Positions 61,179 to 64,000 of a stretch of DNA of 64,000 nucleotides are shown here, piece after piece. Position numbers and translations under genes: made by a program. The stretch comes from Podarcis gaigeae. Taxonomy: Eukaryota. Location of the stretch: the NCBI GenBank assembly GCA_964106915.2, contig OZ066916.1; one strand, written 5' to 3'. The notes under the pieces are model-generated. The model saw only the letters and a list, made by a program, of their open reading frames with translations. It searched no databases and was not told where the DNA came from. Within the stretch, counting starts at the first letter, position 1. Each line of letters opens with the position of its first letter.

Positions 61179-63539
61179 CTGAAAGAGAGATTAGAGATTT
61201 AGAGCAAGATTCAACTAATGAATTCAGTCAGCAGAAGCCCTGAGCAAGGACTTCCACTTGTACTATGGAGTCTCCCCTACACATGTTCCCCAACTGGCTC
61301 AGGGCAGGTCAAGAGTACCCCTGGAACAGCAAGCAGGGGAGAGGAGGGATCATTCCATCTGGCAAGCTTGCCCTGATGGAACAATCATCATAATGCAATG
61401 TTGGGTTCTTCCCTCATTGTTCAGACACTATGGAAGTATTTGATCCCTTTTCAAACCAATTTAAGGGCCAAACTAGATGTGGCATAGGCAGGTGAACAGC
61501 TCTCCCACTGCATTTTAGAAGAACAGCCTTGGAGATGTGTGTGTCTGACTGGAATCATGGCGCTACGAAGTAATGGTTTAACCCTTTTCCCAGTGCCATT
61601 TCCCCCATGAAAATCACCCCCATTGAAGCTGCTATTTGCTCCATGTGGGGTAATGTTCAGATACCATCACCCATAGTTAATGCTAACCAAATGTTTTGGT
61701 TCAGACAATACAATAAATTGTGGGGAAAGGGGAGCATGTGAGAACAAGGCTCACCTAGGCTCATTTATGTTATGGTAAATTATGGTTTAGTGTGACATGT
61801 GAATGCAGTCACACCATGACTTGCCTAAAGCACCCAGTGAGTCAATGGATGAGCAGTGTGTTGAAGCCAATTCTTTCTTTTATTCTTATTTATAAAAATA
61901 TTTGTATACTGCATATTGAGAGAGAGAGATTTTCAACAATAATGTAAAACCAAGGTCTAAGACTATTATGTGCGTCACACTGGTTTTAGTGGTTTAAGAG
62001 TAGACTAGTTGTAAGTGGGATCTTCATAACAACCAAATTTTTAGGATATTTTTACAAAATCAGTCCCAAATCAGCTCAGCCCAAGTGCTGTCATAACTGT
62101 AAACACAAAGATACATGCTAATATCATCATGACATTATAACTTTGGCAGAAATACTTGTGTACAAAGCTTTCTGTGAGAAGCTGCCCTAAGCATAAAATA
62201 ACACTGCTGCAGACTAACTATGAAAGGCACATATATCCATTATTAGCAGCTTGGAATTTGGAGCCCGATCACTCTCTGATTGCAGATTGCCCGTACTAAA
62301 CATTTTAAAGCAAAATATAATGCATATTTGTGCCCAGCATAACTGAATTGGTATATACAGAACTTGTTCTGAGCTGTTATCAGTACCTATGTCTAAAATC
62401 TTGAATGAAACATGCCTTAAGTCAGCAGCTCAAAATATTCCATGTAGTTGCAGTTCTGTGATTCCATGCATTGTGGAACAAAGACCCCAAAACATTTGCG
62501 GTACACTGATTTAGAACAGACAAAATGCAGAATGAGAGGGTTCCCAAAGTTAAATTTTGGTGTAAAACTTTGTTTTGTGTTTACAGATTTTCCACACTGT
62601 GAAATCAACTTCAGAAACCCTGCCCCCCTTTTAGCTGTTCCACAGGCAAATTCATGAGTACCCATTATTTATGAAGGGAATAAGAGCGCTAAGTAGAATC
62701 TACTGTATGTCTATGTAAGTAGAGAGCCTGAAGATGATTATTTAATGGAGTAGAATTAATGGTTGCCTTGGAGAAGGCCAAGCATTCACCCCTCACCACC
62801 AGCTGGAAAGTGAGTGCTAGCCTAATGGCAGCTGGGAAATGGTGAGAGCAAGTAAGTCAGCCAAGTAAGTGAGATGTTCACATACTAAGATATTGAGACT
62901 TTTCTATATTTCCCATGAGGGAAACATTTATCATTGGCACAAAACTCAGGGTACTTGCACTCACTCATAATGAAACCAATAAAGAAATGATTAACACATT
63001 TAGTAAGCAAATTCTGAACAGATATTTCACCCTTTTAAAATAACATTATTTCAAGTACACAAAGTTCTGTTGGTACGAATACTAAAAATTATTGTCTGCG
63101 GCTTAACAACTTCGGACCAGTATACTTAAAGAATTGCCCTATCCCAAATGTGCCTATTTGCTTACTTCACATTTACAAGTGCCACACAATGTTCATTTGA
63201 CATTTGAGAGAAGTCATTCCTTTTGCACAGCAGCACCTGTCTTCTGAAACTCCCTGTCTGCTGGCATTAAGGAGGTTTCTTCACAGTACTGTTTTATATA
63301 CCTACTGAAAACTTTTCTGTTGTAGCAAGGCTCTCCAGACACATGATTTGCTTTTTTATTTCTTTGAACAAGCAGCATATAAATTTTCTAAATTAGAGCA
63401 GTACTTGCTCTGAAGTTACTTGCCCTTTACTGCTGAATTCATTAGTCCATACTAAAAATGGAAATTGCTCTGATTTAGGAGGATAAGCTACACTTCTTTT
63501 TGAAAAAGAGGATCTGATCTCCAAAGTGCACACAAACTG

Positions 63540-63960
63540 AGGTTTTCAGTCTACGTTGTTCCGATAACCCATACAGCTAGCAGGAAGTGGCACAACCTGC
63601 ATGGGTCATATGGTACTCATGCTACCTGCATTTTCACAGGACACTGCCTGAACTCTGAACTGTGCATTGAGACCTGAGTCAGGAGCATGGAAAGCTAGCA
63701 TCTGGGAACACTCCAAGAAGGGATTGGAGGCAGAATTTTAATCATAAGATGAAGAGGTTTGGAAATTCTCAGCCAGAGGAGCAAGTACAGTGGTTGCAGA
63801 CCTCAGAACACACTGAGGTGGTAGTAGAAGTTACAGCGTACAAAACAATTCATGCTCCTCCCCAAAGAAGAGGGAGATGTGTGGTGGTAGCAGGTGACTC
63901 TCTACAGAGGACAGAGGCAGCAGTGTGCCAAAAAATGGCTCATGGTTTCAGATGTCTCTA
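63540..63960 (+). mobile_element. Degenerate CR1 ORF1 fragment
   Basis: ..VVVAGDSLQRTEAAVC resembles the CR1 ORF1 esterase motif VVVGDSLLRGTE. Confidence 0.55.
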
Positions 63961-64000
63961 TACAAATGCACAGAGTACGGAAACAAGCAAGAAAAACTTG

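Noticed and set aside
61200-64000. Further upstream DST exon
   Set aside because: No segment with both splice signals and DST-like translation was found by eye; it probably lies beyond the window.

Overview
Vertebrate genomic DNA, very probably a squamate (lacertid-like lizard), judging by full-length Sauria-type SINEs. The window is internal to the dystonin gene (DST/BPAG1, a spectraplakin) on the minus strand. I traced 31 canonical GT-AG coding exons (61178 down to 1352, 6875 nt, about 2290 aa of spectrin-repeat rod), and every junction is phase-consistent. The gene continues past both window edges. Main observation: the 15.4-kb intron (38612-54057) holds a same-strand, non-spectrin ORF starting [15 protein letters not shown] (ATG at 43485). 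It is homologous to KIAA0754, the internal first exon of the paralogue MACF1. It has a strong Kozak context, a promoter-like region upstream, and a phase-0 donor at 42199 that joins in frame to the next DST exon at 38611. This predicts a short, probably lipid-anchored dystonin isoform lacking the actin-binding and plakin domains. The introns also contain Penelope-like element ends, one with an intact minimal hammerhead ribozyme core in the DST sense orientation, plus a ~168-bp foldback, SINEs, LINE fragments, MITE-like elements and microsatellites. Homologies are recalled from known sequences, not from a database search.
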